Source: Nitrososphaeria archaeon (GTDB lineage: Archaea > Thermoproteota > Nitrososphaeria > JACIWG01). From it: a stretch of 64,000 nucleotides of DNA. The translations under genes were made by a program, and so were the position numbers. The stretch spans positions 1 through 64,000 of the forward strand of contig JBEKIG010000010.1 of the NCBI GenBank assembly GCA_050011875.1. Direction: 5' to 3'. Shown here piece after piece: positions 38,267 through 48,681 of the stretch (the first letter of the stretch is position 1; the number at the start of each line of letters is the position of its first letter). The notes under the pieces were generated by a model. The model was not told the origin of the DNA and did no database searches. It worked only from the letters and a program-made list of their open reading frames with translations.

Positions 38267-38774
38267 AATAGGGCATAGAATAGAAAGGGACAAAAGAGTT
38301 ACAACGCATGTTGGTCTAGTGGCAAGAGCCTTGGGAGCAAAGGGAATCTTCTTTGTCAACACAGAGAAGGAAATAAAGGAAAAGATCGATGAGGTAACAA
38401 ACTTTTGGGGGGGTCCATTTAAGACGGAGATCATCGAAGAGAATTGGCTAAAATTTATAATTGACTGGAAAAAGGAAAATGGGATAGTTATTCACTTGAC
38501 GATGTACGGTTTACCTATTAATAATATAATTGAAGAGATAAGGAAAAAAGAGGAAAAGAAATTAGTCGTTGTAGGAGCAGAAAAAGTTCCAAGAGAGCTT
38601 TATGAAATAAGTGATTATAATGTATCGATAACCAGTCAACCACACTCCGAAATCGCCGCATTGGCAATCTTTTTAGACCAATTTTACATGGGAAAAGAGA
38701 TAAGTTTAAAATTTAGTGGCGCAAAAGTGAATATCATACCTACAAAAAGAGGCAAGAAAATAATTGAAAGTTGA
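38241..38774 (+). CDS. trm56: tRNA (cytidine(56)-2'-O)-methyltransferase
   Basis: LRIGHRIERDKRVTTHVGLVARA, HLTMYG, QPHSE; start probably GTG 38241. Confidence 0.96.
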   Translation: MSEQIYVLRIGHRIERDKRVTTHVGLVARALGAKGIFFVNTEKEIKEKIDEVTNFWGGPFKTEIIEENWLKFIIDWKKENGIVIHLTMYGLPINNIIEEIRKKEEKKLVVVGAEKVPRELYEISDYNVSITSQPHSEIAALAIFLDQFYMGKEISLKFSGAKVNIIPTKRGKKIIES

Positions 38775-39282
38775 ATATGAAGATTCATTCGTAAAAGCGG
38801 CTAGCCTTTTAGGCGGAGAAGAGCATATAAGAGTAGCTAGAGCACTATTAAACAATGAAAATGCAACCGATGAGGAAATAGCAAGTGCCACGGGATTGAA
38901 GATAAACATCGTTAGACGAGTTCTGTACGATCTCTTTGGTCATTCATTAATTTCAGGAATAAGAGTAAGGGATCCGAAGAAAGGGTGGTTTGTCTATAGG
39001 TGGCAAGCACGGAGAGATCAAACTGAAAGCTTCATAGAGAGCCAGAAAAGAAAAATTCTTGGAAGACTTAAACATAGACTTGAATATGAGGAAGCCAATG
39101 AATTTTATTACTGTGGAACTCCAGGCTGCAGGAAGCTGCCATTTGTGGAGGCAATGGAGAACTTGTTTAAATGCCCCAAATGCGGCAAAGCTGTAAACAT
39201 TATAAAAGATGAAGAATTTAAAGAGGCACTTAAATGGAAAATAAAACAGATAGAAGAAGAACTAGAGGAAAGGACACACTAA
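38764..39282 (+). CDS. tfe: Transcription factor E alpha
   Basis: TDEEIA..TG...N.VRR.LY.L, GWFVYRW, FKCPKCG. Confidence 0.95.
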   Translation: MKVEYEDSFVKAASLLGGEEHIRVARALLNNENATDEEIASATGLKINIVRRVLYDLFGHSLISGIRVRDPKKGWFVYRWQARRDQTESFIESQKRKILGRLKHRLEYEEANEFYYCGTPGCRKLPFVEAMENLFKCPKCGKAVNIIKDEEFKEALKWKIKQIEEELEERTH

Positions 39283-39812
39283 TAAAAAAAGAAGTGGAAG
39301 AGCTAATAAAATATGGATGCGATGACTACATTATCCAACATGGCCTACTTGTAATGAATGTTTCAGATACGATAGTCAAGGAACTGAAGCGCGTGGGAGT
39401 TGACATAGATGAAAAATCCATTTTAAGGGGGGCAATACTTCATGATATCGGTCGCTCAAAGGAGCATTCTGTCAGGCATGGATTCCTAGGAGGAGAAATA
39501 CTAAAAAAAGACGGATATGATAGAAAAGTTATCAAAATTGTAGAAAATCACGTTGGTGGAGGAATAGACAAGCAAGAATGTGCGAAACTTGGAATGCCTG
39601 AAAGAGATTTTATACCCACATCGTTGGAAGAAAAGATTGTTTGCTTAGCAGACAAATATGTTGAAGACAATCAGATCAAACCTCTCCAAGAGACACTTAG
39701 TAAATTTGATGAAATTCTAGGTGAGGGAAACAAAGCTAACAAAAGAATATTAAAGATAAAAAAAGAAATCGAATTACTAGCTAAGAAAGGGATGGAATCA
39801 ATAATCAATTAA
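39234..39812 (+). CDS. HDIG-type HD-domain protein (start uncertain)
   Basis: LHDIGRS, H...G, HVGGGI, EEKIVCLAD; typical position after tfe. Confidence 0.88.
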   Translation: MENKTDRRRTRGKDTLIKKEVEELIKYGCDDYIIQHGLLVMNVSDTIVKELKRVGVDIDEKSILRGAILHDIGRSKEHSVRHGFLGGEILKKDGYDRKVIKIVENHVGGGIDKQECAKLGMPERDFIPTSLEEKIVCLADKYVEDNQIKPLQETLSKFDEILGEGNKANKRILKIKKEIELLAKKGMESIIN

Positions 39813-39859
39813 GGTTAAAAAAAATATAGCGTACTATAATAATTGGATGTTAATTATTA

Positions 39860-39937
39860 TGGTAGCGAGGGGTGGATTTGAACCACTGATCTGCGGGTTA
39901 TGAGCCCGCCGGGATAACCTAGCTTCCCCACCTCGCT
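39860..39937 (-). tRNA. Initiator tRNA-Met(CAU)
   Basis: A1:U72, three G:C pairs in the anticodon stem (GCGGG-CTCATAA-CCCGC), encoded CCA. Confidence 0.96.
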
Positions 39938-39986
39938 GTTGTTTTCTTGAGGTTATAATCTGCTTTTTAAAGCTTTTGAAAAAGCT

Positions 39987-41324
39987 TTAACTGAAGATTT
40001 TCAAAAACATGTTATTAAAAGGTGCGTTGATTGTTAAGTCAGTGGAATAATATTGCAAAGGCTTAGTAAGATGGCGATGTGCTGAAGGGGGAGGAATGTA
40101 TAGACCTAGTTTAATATCACGAGAAATAATTTTTTTTACTTTCGAAGCTTTTACCAATTTGACTTTACATTTGTCACATTCAAAACCTTGGCTTTTACCC
40201 AACGATTTCATATGCCTACTACATATTGGGCATAAAGGGTTCTCATAAACGAAGTCGTCCGATAAATTTAAGATTTTCAGGTACTCAATATTTAGTGCCA
40301 TAGAATCTTTTTTGTTTGGAGCACGAACTCCACCTCCTATCTCAACTTCGTCTCCAGGCCTTAGTTTTAATACAGAAAATCTAAAGATTTTAGTTGGCTC
40401 ATATGCTGCACATTTAACAGAAGAGGTATCGTCTTCTAGTAAAAAGAATACGTGACCACCTATTTCTGTTTTTGGAACCGTTTTCACTTTTCCTTGAACC
40501 TTGACCGAATAATATGGTTTAATATCCTTTATTTTAAAGAAATTTACGAAGTGTGAATTTGTTCCCTGATTTGTTTTGAAGATCACATAATGTGACGCTT
40601 CTTCGTCAATCTCCAGCATTTTGAAAGCAGTCAATAGTTTTTCTGGAGTTAATCCTCTGATCCCAAATAGTATCGGGTCATGACCATGAGGAGTTATTAT
40701 AACACGATCTGTTATTGGATCATAATTATTATATGTAAAAGGATAAGTTTTAGCTGACATTTTTATTACAGATTTTTTGTACACCTTTCTCGGCTTATCG
40801 AAATTCTTTCCTTTACGGTAACATATCAGTTCGTAAGTATGTTCTACTAGCGGGTTGCATAACCCCGCTAATGCACCTACAAGCCCTATTTCACCACCAT
40901 AAGTTGAATATATGAAATTGTACTTATCAAGCAGCTGCTTAGCCCTCTTAACACTCAAAACTCTGTATAAGGCTTCTTTTGAGAATTCTAACAGTTCATT
41001 ATTGAAACTGTTACCGTTAAACAGCACTATTGCTGGTGTTGACTTCTTACCAGCCTTAACGTAATTTATATACGCTATCCTTTTGGCGACCTTGAAGATA
41101 TGTTCTGGGTCCTCATGCTCTAAAATAATGGAAACTGCCCCATTACCTCGAGTCTTCCATGGTATGTTGGGGTTAAGACGGACAAGATGAGGGTAATCTA
41201 GGAATTTTGTCCGTGCAGCCTTTAACTCTTTTATAATCAAAGATAAAGCGTAAGTTGTACAACCATAGTTCGGCGTGTCTACATCGTCCAGGGAGACGTG
41301 TATGATTTTATTCTTCGACAACAA
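39987..41324 (-). CDS. tiaS: tRNA(Ile2) agmatinylcytidine synthetase
   Basis: DDVD...GCTT, LVRLNPNIPWKTRGNG, PHG.DP.LFGIRG, TNQGT, HLTKP. Confidence 0.96.
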   Translation of the reverse strand: MLSKNKIIHVSLDDVDTPNYGCTTYALSLIIKELKAARTKFLDYPHLVRLNPNIPWKTRGNGAVSIILEHEDPEHIFKVAKRIAYINYVKAGKKSTPAIVLFNGNSFNNELLEFSKEALYRVLSVKRAKQLLDKYNFIYSTYGGEIGLVGALAGLCNPLVEHTYELICYRKGKNFDKPRKVYKKSVIKMSAKTYPFTYNNYDPITDRVIITPHGHDPILFGIRGLTPEKLLTAFKMLEIDEEASHYVIFKTNQGTNSHFVNFFKIKDIKPYYSVKVQGKVKTVPKTEIGGHVFFLLEDDTSSVKCAAYEPTKIFRFSVLKLRPGDEVEIGGGVRAPNKKDSMALNIEYLKILNLSDDFVYENPLCPICSRHMKSLGKSQGFECDKCKVKLVKASKVKKIISRDIKLGLYIPPPSAHRHLTKPLQYYSTDLTINAPFNNMFLKIFS

Positions 41325-41541
41325 TCATCGTTAGAGTTGAACGAACTTTTTCTAGACGGCGAATCTTCCAAGTTATGGTATCCTTTACCTTGTCCATAGT
41401 ATCTGCTTGAATCTTGGCTATTATATCATAAACACCATAGACGACATAGACTTCCTTTACCTCTTCGATTTTCCTAAGTTCCTTAATTAAGTCCTCTTCT
41501 GTGCCTAAATCTGCATTTATTAAAACAAAAGCAAGTGGCAT
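41308..41541 (-). CDS. Stand-alone Lrp/AsnC ligand-binding (RAM) domain protein
   Basis: AFVLIN, VYGVYDIIAKI, IRR...V.STLT. Confidence 0.92.
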   Translation of the reverse strand: MPLAFVLINADLGTEEDLIKELRKIEEVKEVYVVYGVYDIIAKIQADTMDKVKDTITWKIRRLEKVRSTLTMIVVEE

Positions 41542-41606
41542 TTTTACCCATATATTATAAAAAGAAAAGAATATTAAACTTTTCTTTTAGTATAAGAAAG
41601 CGTAAC

Positions 41607-42143
41607 ATGCATCAAATTAGGATTTACATATTACACCTAGGTGAATGTGATGTTCGAAGGTGCACAGCAATAAAACTGAGAAAATTTGATCTAGTTGATT
41701 TCATAGGTAGAAGGGATAGCAGGGCAAAAGGAGCCATCTTCCTAAATCCATTTGCAGAAAGAACGATATCAAAAGGAGATAGAACAACGATAGAAAGCAG
41801 GGGGCTAATCGCTTTGGATGGAAGCTGGAATAAAATCAGCAAGGAAAAGTTTATGATATATAATAGAAAATATGAATTTCGTGCTTTACCATACTTGGTG
41901 GCTGGAAATCCTACACACTATGGCTTGCCAACGAAATTAAGTACAGTCGAAGCGCTATCCTTTGCTTTATATATCACGGGGTTTAGGGAAGAGGCTCTAA
42001 AATTGCTTAAGATTTTCTCTTGGGGAATCAACGCGTTTAAACTAAATCAGTATCTACTACAGATGTATTCGGAAGCAAACACATCAAAAGAGCTCATAGA
42101 ATTACAGAACAAATTTCTAGACGAACAAACAAGAAAGAGTTAA
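41607..42143 (+). CDS. tsr3: 16S rRNA aminocarboxypropyltransferase Tsr3
   Basis: CD...CTA.KL, D.SW, RALPYLVAGNP..YG...KLSTVEA. Confidence 0.95.
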   Translation: MHQIRIYILHLGECDVRRCTAIKLRKFDLVDFIGRRDSRAKGAIFLNPFAERTISKGDRTTIESRGLIALDGSWNKISKEKFMIYNRKYEFRALPYLVAGNPTHYGLPTKLSTVEALSFALYITGFREEALKLLKIFSWGINAFKLNQYLLQMYSEANTSKELIELQNKFLDEQTRKS

Positions 42144-42165
42144 TAAGAACAATCCGAAATCTTTG

Positions 42166-42460
42166 ATGAACATACGCCGGTGGACAGGTTACGGAAGAAA
42201 TCCTGTGGAAACTCCTTCCTCCGAGTAAAAGCGTGGCGCTGAGAAGCGCAGCGGTAGACCGTTGGCAACGGAACAGAAACGACACCAACCTAGACGCATG
42301 ACGATGATAAATATTTGAGAAGGTCTAGCAATTGGGTTAAACGGCCGACCCACGCGGAGCAAGACCAAATAGGGCGATGTGCATTTACTCAAAGTCCAGG
42401 TAGGTCGCATAGTCTAATACTGTCAAAACAGAAGAAGGGTTACAGCCGGCTTATGTTCAT
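42166..42460 (+). ncRNA. rnpB: RNase P RNA
   Basis: Terminal helix ATGAACATA-CGCCGG / CCGGC-TTATGTTCAT; conserved GGAAACTCC, ACAGAAAC, GGAGCAAG and AAACAGAAG..GGGTTA regions. Confidence 0.92.
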
Positions 42461-42471
42461 TAAAAGTAACA

Positions 42472-42882
42472 TTATTTTTTTAGTGAATCGAGATAAGTAA
42501 GATACTCCCCACTTTTCATTAATTTTTTGAAGTCAGCCTCTAAGTTGATTGGTTTCAATTTGAATATCCATCCTTCACTATAGGGTGATGTGTTAATCTT
42601 CTCTGGACTCATGTCAAGAGCTTTGTTCACTTCAACCACTACACCTCCAACAGGACTATACACTTCAGATACAGCCTTTATCGATTCGACCGTAGCAGCA
42701 ACACTGCCTTGATCTATCTTTAACCCAACCTCAGGTAAAGAAACGTAAACGACGTCATGTAGTGATTTCACAGCGTAGTCGGTAATGCCTATTATTGCAG
42801 CATCGTCTTCGATCTTGACCCATTCATGCTCTTTGTTGTATCGTAAGTCTTCTGGAATATTATAACCGGACATGCCCATCAA
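42472..42882 (-). CDS. gcvH: Glycine cleavage system H protein
   Basis: HEW, IGITDYA, ESIKAVSE lipoyl-Lys, PY..GW. Confidence 0.96.
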   Translation of the reverse strand: MMGMSGYNIPEDLRYNKEHEWVKIEDDAAIIGITDYAVKSLHDVVYVSLPEVGLKIDQGSVAATVESIKAVSEVYSPVGGVVVEVNKALDMSPEKINTSPYSEGWIFKLKPINLEADFKKLMKSGEYLTYLDSLKK

Positions 42883-43168
42883 TCGAAGATTATGGAACTG
42901 GGAAATAAATTTTCCAGAAATGGCAGATAAAAAGTTATGATTCCTTGTTCTTAGAGACCGTCATTTGATAGTCCCTTGAAAATTTTGAACCGCATGATGG
43001 ACATTGAAAATTGTAAAGTTTAAGAATAGAATATACTGACTTAAGGTTCTCATCAGAATACATTTTATATTTGCAGGTCCCACAAACGATTTCTATCAAC
43101 TTAGGTAGGTTAAGTAGGACGCAGATAAAAACTCTTTATAAATGCTATTTTAATGGAAGCGTAGTAGT

Positions 43169-45244
43169 TTGGATAGAATACCAAATATTTCAGGCTATAC
43201 ATTAGTCATTTGCGAAAAAGCAGATGCGTCAAAGAGGATAGCATCTGCTTTAAGTGATAAATTTAAGACGTACACATCCAATGGGACACAGATTTATGTG
43301 GTTGAAAAGGACAAAAAAAAGTACATCATTTGTTCTGCATTAGGTCATCTCTATGGTCTAGGAACATCAAGAAAAAAAAGGGATGTTTTTCCTATTTTCG
43401 ATTTAATGTGGTTTCCCTTAAGTCAAATCGACAAAGATAAGAAAATCGTATGGAATCGCATACAAACAATATCATCACTTTCAAACCGAGCAAGTGCTTT
43501 TGTGAATGCATGCGATTATGATACTGAAGGGAGTATAATAGGACGTAATATAATAAAATACTCATGCAATGCGGACATTTCAAAGGTGTTACGTGCAAGA
43601 TTTTCAACCTTAACTAAAGAAGAACTTTCTGAAGCATTTGAGAATCTTAAAGTTGGAATAGATGATGGGTTCGCTAGAGCAGGAATCACACGACATATTA
43701 TTGATTACATGTGGGGAATCAACCTATCGAGAATTTTAATTTCAGCTTTACAACATTCAGCAAGCAGTGGAGGTTCCATAAGTACTGGAAGAGTGCAAGG
43801 ACCCACACTAAAGTTCATAGTGGACCGTGAAATCGAAATAAGATCTTTTGTTACAAGACCTTATTGGACAGCGAAAGCATTAGTCGATTCAAGCAAAGAA
43901 ACTTTCTATGCGGAGTACTCTATAGACAGAATAACCAAGGGTAAAGAAGGCCATCGTATAAAAAATGAAAATGAGGGACGTGAAGGGATAGTTGAACAGT
44001 TAAAAAAGACGGAAGTCAAACTCATTCCACCAACGCCATTTAACACAGGTGATCTTCAGAAAGAAGCTTTTAGACTCTTCGGCTTTTCACCTAGCTTGAC
44101 GTTAAGTATAGCAGAGAGACTCTACTTAAACGCCCTAATATCATATCCTAGAACTAACAGCCAAAAACTTCCTCCATCGATAAACTACTTAAAGATAATG
44201 AATGGGTTAGGTCGATTAGAAGAATATAAGAAAGAAGTAAAAGCCCTACTGAGTACAAGACTTAAACCCAGAGAAGGAGACAAAGATGATTCAGCACACC
44301 CAAGCATATACCCTACAGGAGAGATTCCAGTAGGAGGTTTTGATGCGAGACAAATAAAATTGTATGACCTGATAGTTAGAAGGTTCTTTTCAGTCTTCGG
44401 TGAGAAAGCAATAAAAGAGAGAATGCAACTTTCAATTAATGTCCAAAACAAACATCATTGGGAGGTTAACGGCCTAAGAACGATATATGCGGGTTGGACA
44501 TTTTTCTATGGAAAATACGTGAATATGGAGGAACATGATCTGCCGCTGTTGCAGGAGGGGGAAAGGGTTTTGATAAAATCTGTTGAAATTGCTGAGAAAT
44601 TTGATAAACGTCCTCCACGGTTCAACCGAGGAAGCCTATTAGAGAAGATGGAGGAAGAGAACCTTGGCACAAAAGCTACCAGAGCAGAAATAATTGAGAC
44701 CTTGTACAAAAGAGGATATATAGTGGGAGATAGCATAGCTCCAACAAATCTTGGTTTCCAGATAACATTAACGCTTTCAAAATACTCTAAGGAAATTGTT
44801 TCAGTAGATTTGACTAAAGAGATGGAGCGCAAGCTGGAACAAATAGAGGTGGGAAAGGAAACGCCAGAAAATGTATTAGAGGACACATTCTATCTTACGT
44901 TACATTCAATAAGTGAGCTTGTTGACAACATGGAGAAGGTTGGAGAGGAGTTAAAGATAGCTCTCAAAGAAACTTTTTTTGAGAAGAACATTTTGGGAAA
45001 ATGTCCCAAATGTAAAGTGGGAAATCTCATAATAATAAGAAGTAAAAGGACAGGAAAACGTTTTGTGGGATGTACTAATTATAAAAATGGTTGCCGAGCA
45101 TCGTCACCTCTACCTCAAAGAGGAATAATACAAAACATAGGAAAGGCCTGTGTGATGTGTGGATGGCCAATTATAATTGTACGAGGAGGAAGGATTCCCT
45201 GGAAGTTGTGCATAAACGTGGATTGCCCATCAAAGAAGGGATAA
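43169..45244 (+). CDS. topA: Type IA DNA topoisomerase
   Basis: ICEK, GHL, ACDYDTEG, GRVQGPTL, ISYPRT, GTKATR and C-terminal zinc ribbons. Confidence 0.96.
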   Translation: MDRIPNISGYTLVICEKADASKRIASALSDKFKTYTSNGTQIYVVEKDKKKYIICSALGHLYGLGTSRKKRDVFPIFDLMWFPLSQIDKDKKIVWNRIQTISSLSNRASAFVNACDYDTEGSIIGRNIIKYSCNADISKVLRARFSTLTKEELSEAFENLKVGIDDGFARAGITRHIIDYMWGINLSRILISALQHSASSGGSISTGRVQGPTLKFIVDREIEIRSFVTRPYWTAKALVDSSKETFYAEYSIDRITKGKEGHRIKNENEGREGIVEQLKKTEVKLIPPTPFNTGDLQKEAFRLFGFSPSLTLSIAERLYLNALISYPRTNSQKLPPSINYLKIMNGLGRLEEYKKEVKALLSTRLKPREGDKDDSAHPSIYPTGEIPVGGFDARQIKLYDLIVRRFFSVFGEKAIKERMQLSINVQNKHHWEVNGLRTIYAGWTFFYGKYVNMEEHDLPLLQEGERVLIKSVEIAEKFDKRPPRFNRGSLLEKMEEENLGTKATRAEIIETLYKRGYIVGDSIAPTNLGFQITLTLSKYSKEIVSVDLTKEMERKLEQIEVGKETPENVLEDTFYLTLHSISELVDNMEKVGEELKIALKETFFEKNILGKCPKCKVGNLIIIRSKRTGKRFVGCTNYKNGCRASSPLPQRGIIQNIGKACVMCGWPIIIVRGGRIPWKLCINVDCPSKKG

Positions 45245-45247
45245 AAG

Positions 45248-45496
45248 ATGAGCATTGAAAATAATACTTGCGCAATCTGCAGTAAAGAGAAAGTGTTGAA
45301 TGGACAATTTTGTGAGCACCATAACATCGCATACCATAAAATTGAAGGAAACTATGGGTATTGGAAGGAAGCTTATGAAGAGCTTTCATGGGAGGCGTAC
45401 TTAAAGTTAACCATAGACAACCCTGAAAACGGAGTGTGGGTAAAAGAAGTAGCTAAATACTTAATAACTAAAAAATCGGAGGATCTGAATGTATGA
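45248..45496 (+). CDS. Small Cys/His-containing hypothetical protein
   Basis: CxxC...CxxH; operonic with topA. Confidence 0.75.
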   Translation: MSIENNTCAICSKEKVLNGQFCEHHNIAYHKIEGNYGYWKEAYEELSWEAYLKLTIDNPENGVWVKEVAKYLITKKSEDLNV

Positions 45497-45900
45497 GTTT
45501 AAGGAAATGGATAGACTCGATATCCAACAGGGTTGGAAGGATTGAAACAAATTTAGGCAGATCATTTAGGTTTGATCTAATCAAACAGAACTTTCTGTTC
45601 ATAATAATCATCCTATATTTTGCGGTCTATTTAGGAGGAATAATAAATGCAATTGAATCTGCTCCATCGTTACCCGCTGGAACAATTTTTGTACCGGACA
45701 GATCATATGAAACAGGAATGGAGTTCATCATCGCTTTGATGAACTTTGTTATAGGTTTTGGAGGCGTATATTTAATATACAGAGGAGCGAACAGTATAAA
45801 CCAACGGGATTCCCGTAATAACTTTGTAGCTGGAACGATTTTACTGATCTTGGCAACTATAATTATGATTCTGTTCCTATATTCAAAAGGGATGCTTTAG
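45493..45900 (+). CDS. Three-TM membrane protein, possibly OST3/OST6-like
   Basis: GGIIN, ETGME and a terminal K; three hydrophobic helices. Confidence 0.55.
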   Translation: MSLRKWIDSISNRVGRIETNLGRSFRFDLIKQNFLFIIIILYFAVYLGGIINAIESAPSLPAGTIFVPDRSYETGMEFIIALMNFVIGFGGVYLIYRGANSINQRDSRNNFVAGTILLILATIIMILFLYSKGML

Positions 45901-46393
45901 CATTTCTATTTATAATAAACTTGTCATAGAACCTTTTCTCAAAAATTGGAAAAGAAGGAATTCCCTTTTCTGAGTCAAAATATACAAAAACAACTATATG
46001 TAAAAAATGCTTGGTTTTAGCTAGAAGATACATGAAAAAACGGTCTGCTTTTTCCTCTTCCTCAAAAAAGGCATTTATGATAAAGGGATAGGAATCTATC
46101 ACGATTACTGAACCTCTAGGACAACATAAAAGTGTAGAAAAGAACTGTTGTAACGACATATCAAAGGGAGAAATCACTATTAGATTCTCTGGCTTTTCCC
46201 AAAGCTGTATAAAATTTGAGAAAGTGTCAACGTAGATGACCTGCTTTCTCAGCATAAAAGAAGTATCAATTATATCATTTAGGAAGTATGTCTTTTGAGC
46301 ATTAGTTTTGTATCCAAAAAGGACGCTAAAAGGGGGTCCTTTTAAAAAAGTATTAATAGCAAGCGTTTGAGGATTTTTTATCATATAGGACAA
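45863..46393 (-). CDS. Degenerate RecA/RadB-like fold protein
   Basis: VIYVDT and VIVIDS strands; Walker A is degenerate. Confidence 0.55.
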   Translation of the reverse strand: MSYMIKNPQTLAINTFLKGPPFSVLFGYKTNAQKTYFLNDIIDTSFMLRKQVIYVDTFSNFIQLWEKPENLIVISPFDMSLQQFFSTLLCCPRGSVIVIDSYPFIINAFFEEEEKADRFFMYLLAKTKHFLHIVVFVYFDSEKGIPSFPIFEKRFYDKFIINRNAKASLLNIGTES

Positions 46394-46403
46394 ACGGAAT
46401 CAA

Positions 46404-47027
46404 ATGACTAAAATAAATAAAGTTTTAGCGCCGTACATCAATATACATTTTGATACCACGAATGCTAGGATCATATATTACATTCTAGGAATTCTTAAAA
46501 AGAAAAATATCCGTTATATTGTTGTAGATAAAGATAATTTAAATGATGCAGATATAATTGTATCTGATAGCAGAAGGGCCGATGGAACGGTTCTAGAGAC
46601 AAAAGAAATAACTTATGATCCAATAGTCGATTTTAAGAAGATCGCTTTGAAACTATTTGGAGGAAGAAAGGAGGAGTTATGCATAGGAGTTGATCCCGGA
46701 AAAAGAACCGGCGTAGCCGTTTTTTATGGAAAAAAATTGATCTTGAATGAAGTGGTTTCTCCTTGGGAAGATGCAATACTTTATGTTGTTGAAATACTTA
46801 AGGAGATAGGGTTCGACAAAAAAGTAGTCAAGATAGGTCAGGGAAATCCGCATGTTGCTGAGGAGCTCAGAAAAGTCCTTCAATACAGGTTTAACCATTT
46901 GGAAGTGTACTTCATAGACGAAAAGAGAACCACAAAGACTGCGAAAGCTAAAGCTAACCAAGGGAAAGAAAGGGACAAAATTTCAGCTGTTGCAATTGTT
47001 CATAAAAATGGGAAAAGAGTTGTATAG
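46404..47027 (+). CDS. RNase H-fold (YqgF-like) domain protein
   Basis: IGVDPGKRTGVAV, IDEKRTT, D..SA..I. Confidence 0.75.
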   Translation: MTKINKVLAPYINIHFDTTNARIIYYILGILKKKNIRYIVVDKDNLNDADIIVSDSRRADGTVLETKEITYDPIVDFKKIALKLFGGRKEELCIGVDPGKRTGVAVFYGKKLILNEVVSPWEDAILYVVEILKEIGFDKKVVKIGQGNPHVAEELRKVLQYRFNHLEVYFIDEKRTTKTAKAKANQGKERDKISAVAIVHKNGKRVV

Positions 47028-47180
47028 AATCCTTTGTTGTCCTATCTTCTTTGCTAAATCAATTAAACCTAGCCGAATTTCTTCACTTATGTTATTTTCG
47101 ATGCCTTTTTCTGTTATCTCGAACGAATGAAGCTTAGATATGATATCAGATAGATTATAAGCTTCATCTAATATTATCAT
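46983..47180 (-). pseudogene. Fragment of an XPD/DinG-like helicase
   Basis: IILDEAYNL resembles motif II (DEAHNL); only about 65 codons remain. Confidence 0.5.
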
Positions 47181-47361
47181 TGTTCTTGAAGGATTTCTTA
47201 TTAATGATTCAGTAGATGCAGAAAAAACATCTCATAAATCGTAATTCGACTTGCCCTTCACGATAATGATCGTGTGGAAAATATGACATTAAAAGACTAA
47301 TTTAGAATGATATTTATTCACCAGCAAAGTTTTGTAAGATATAAAGCTGATTTATATTTTA

Positions 47362-48675
47362 ATGGGGATGCCCTATAGCGGGAAACAAATGGCGAGCACC
47401 TATAGAGAATATTTAGCAGAACTTGACAAGCTAGGCAAAATTAGACGGATAGAAGAAGAAGTAGATACAAATTTTGGTGTTTCAAAAATCATTAGCCAGA
47501 GCCAAGAAGTTCCAATTCTCTTTAAGAAGATCAAAGGGTTAGAGAACTCTCAAGTTATAGGAAATATTTGTCCTACTCGACAAGATTTAAGTTTTTCATT
47601 GAATACTGAAGAAAAAGATTTATCAGAAACTGTGATCAAAGCCTTTTTAAATCTGAAGAAGCCTGAGAATATTTCAATAGATAATTCTTGGATTACTGAA
47701 AAAGCGGATTTAGAAAGATTACCGGTGCCCAAATACTATGAGAAAGATGGAGGAAAATATTTTACATCTTCAATAATTGTTAGTAAATTTCCAAACAGCA
47801 ACAGAGAAAATCTATCTATACATAGAATCATGGTTCTAGATAAAAGAAAAGGGGTCATCCGAATTCTTCCCAGACATCTTAACAAAATATTAGAAGAAAG
47901 GGGTGGTAAAGCAGATGTAGCCATGTTAATAGGGGTTCATCCAGCCATATTCCTGGCAGCCGCACTTTCTGTCAATTATGGAATATCTGAATATGACATA
48001 GCAAATGCACTCCTATGCGGAAAAATGGAATTGGTTGAAATGGAAAATGGAATCATGGTACCTAAAGGAGCGGAAATTGTTCTTTTAGGAACAATTAACA
48101 CCGACCATAGAAGGAAGGAAGGACCTTTCACTGATGTAACAGGAACCTACGACGCAATAAGGGAAGAGCCAGTTATATCCTTTGAGAAGATGTTCACACC
48201 TTCGAACGGCGTTATTTTCCAAGCACTGTTACCTGCAGGAAGTGAGCATAAATTGTTCATGGGAATACCTCAAGAAATCAAGATAATATTAAATCTACGG
48301 AGCATTGGTATAGAAGTTAATCAAATCAATTTGACAGACAGTGGATGTGCCTATTTCCATTGTATAATAAGCATAAAGAAAAAAGGTGACAACGACGGTT
48401 TGAGGGTTATAAAAGAAGTCTTTAACACGTCGCATCCAATTAAACTAATTGCAGTTGTTGACGACGACATAAACCCGTTCGATTACAGAATGGTTGAATG
48501 GGCTCTGGCAACACGCTTTCAAGCAAATCGAGGTTTAGAAGTCATCCATAATCAACATGGATCGAGTTTAGACCCCTCCTCCTTTAAGACATCCATAACC
48601 TCTAAGGTAGGCATAGACGCTACACTTCCGCTTCATGTTGACAAAAACAGTTTTAAAAAAGCGAAAATCCCGTGA
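47362..48675 (+). CDS. UbiD-family decarboxylase, likely trans-anhydromevalonate phosphate decarboxylase
   Basis: DGGKY, EGPFTD.TG.Y, VVDDDI, WALATRFQ, SSLDPS, K.GIDAT; adjacent to AcnX genes. Confidence 0.9.
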   Translation: MGMPYSGKQMASTYREYLAELDKLGKIRRIEEEVDTNFGVSKIISQSQEVPILFKKIKGLENSQVIGNICPTRQDLSFSLNTEEKDLSETVIKAFLNLKKPENISIDNSWITEKADLERLPVPKYYEKDGGKYFTSSIIVSKFPNSNRENLSIHRIMVLDKRKGVIRILPRHLNKILEERGGKADVAMLIGVHPAIFLAAALSVNYGISEYDIANALLCGKMELVEMENGIMVPKGAEIVLLGTINTDHRRKEGPFTDVTGTYDAIREEPVISFEKMFTPSNGVIFQALLPAGSEHKLFMGIPQEIKIILNLRSIGIEVNQINLTDSGCAYFHCIISIKKKGDNDGLRVIKEVFNTSHPIKLIAVVDDDINPFDYRMVEWALATRFQANRGLEVIHNQHGSSLDPSSFKTSITSKVGIDATLPLHVDKNSFKKAKIP

Positions 48676-48681
48676 AATAAT

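Noticed and set aside
42094-42500. Three short ORFs listed in the track
   Set aside because: They overlap the RNase P RNA gene and are shadow ORFs.
42990-43045. C/D-box sRNA (ATGATGG...CTGA)
   Set aside because: The C box is imperfect and there are no convincing C'/D' boxes or guide complementarity.
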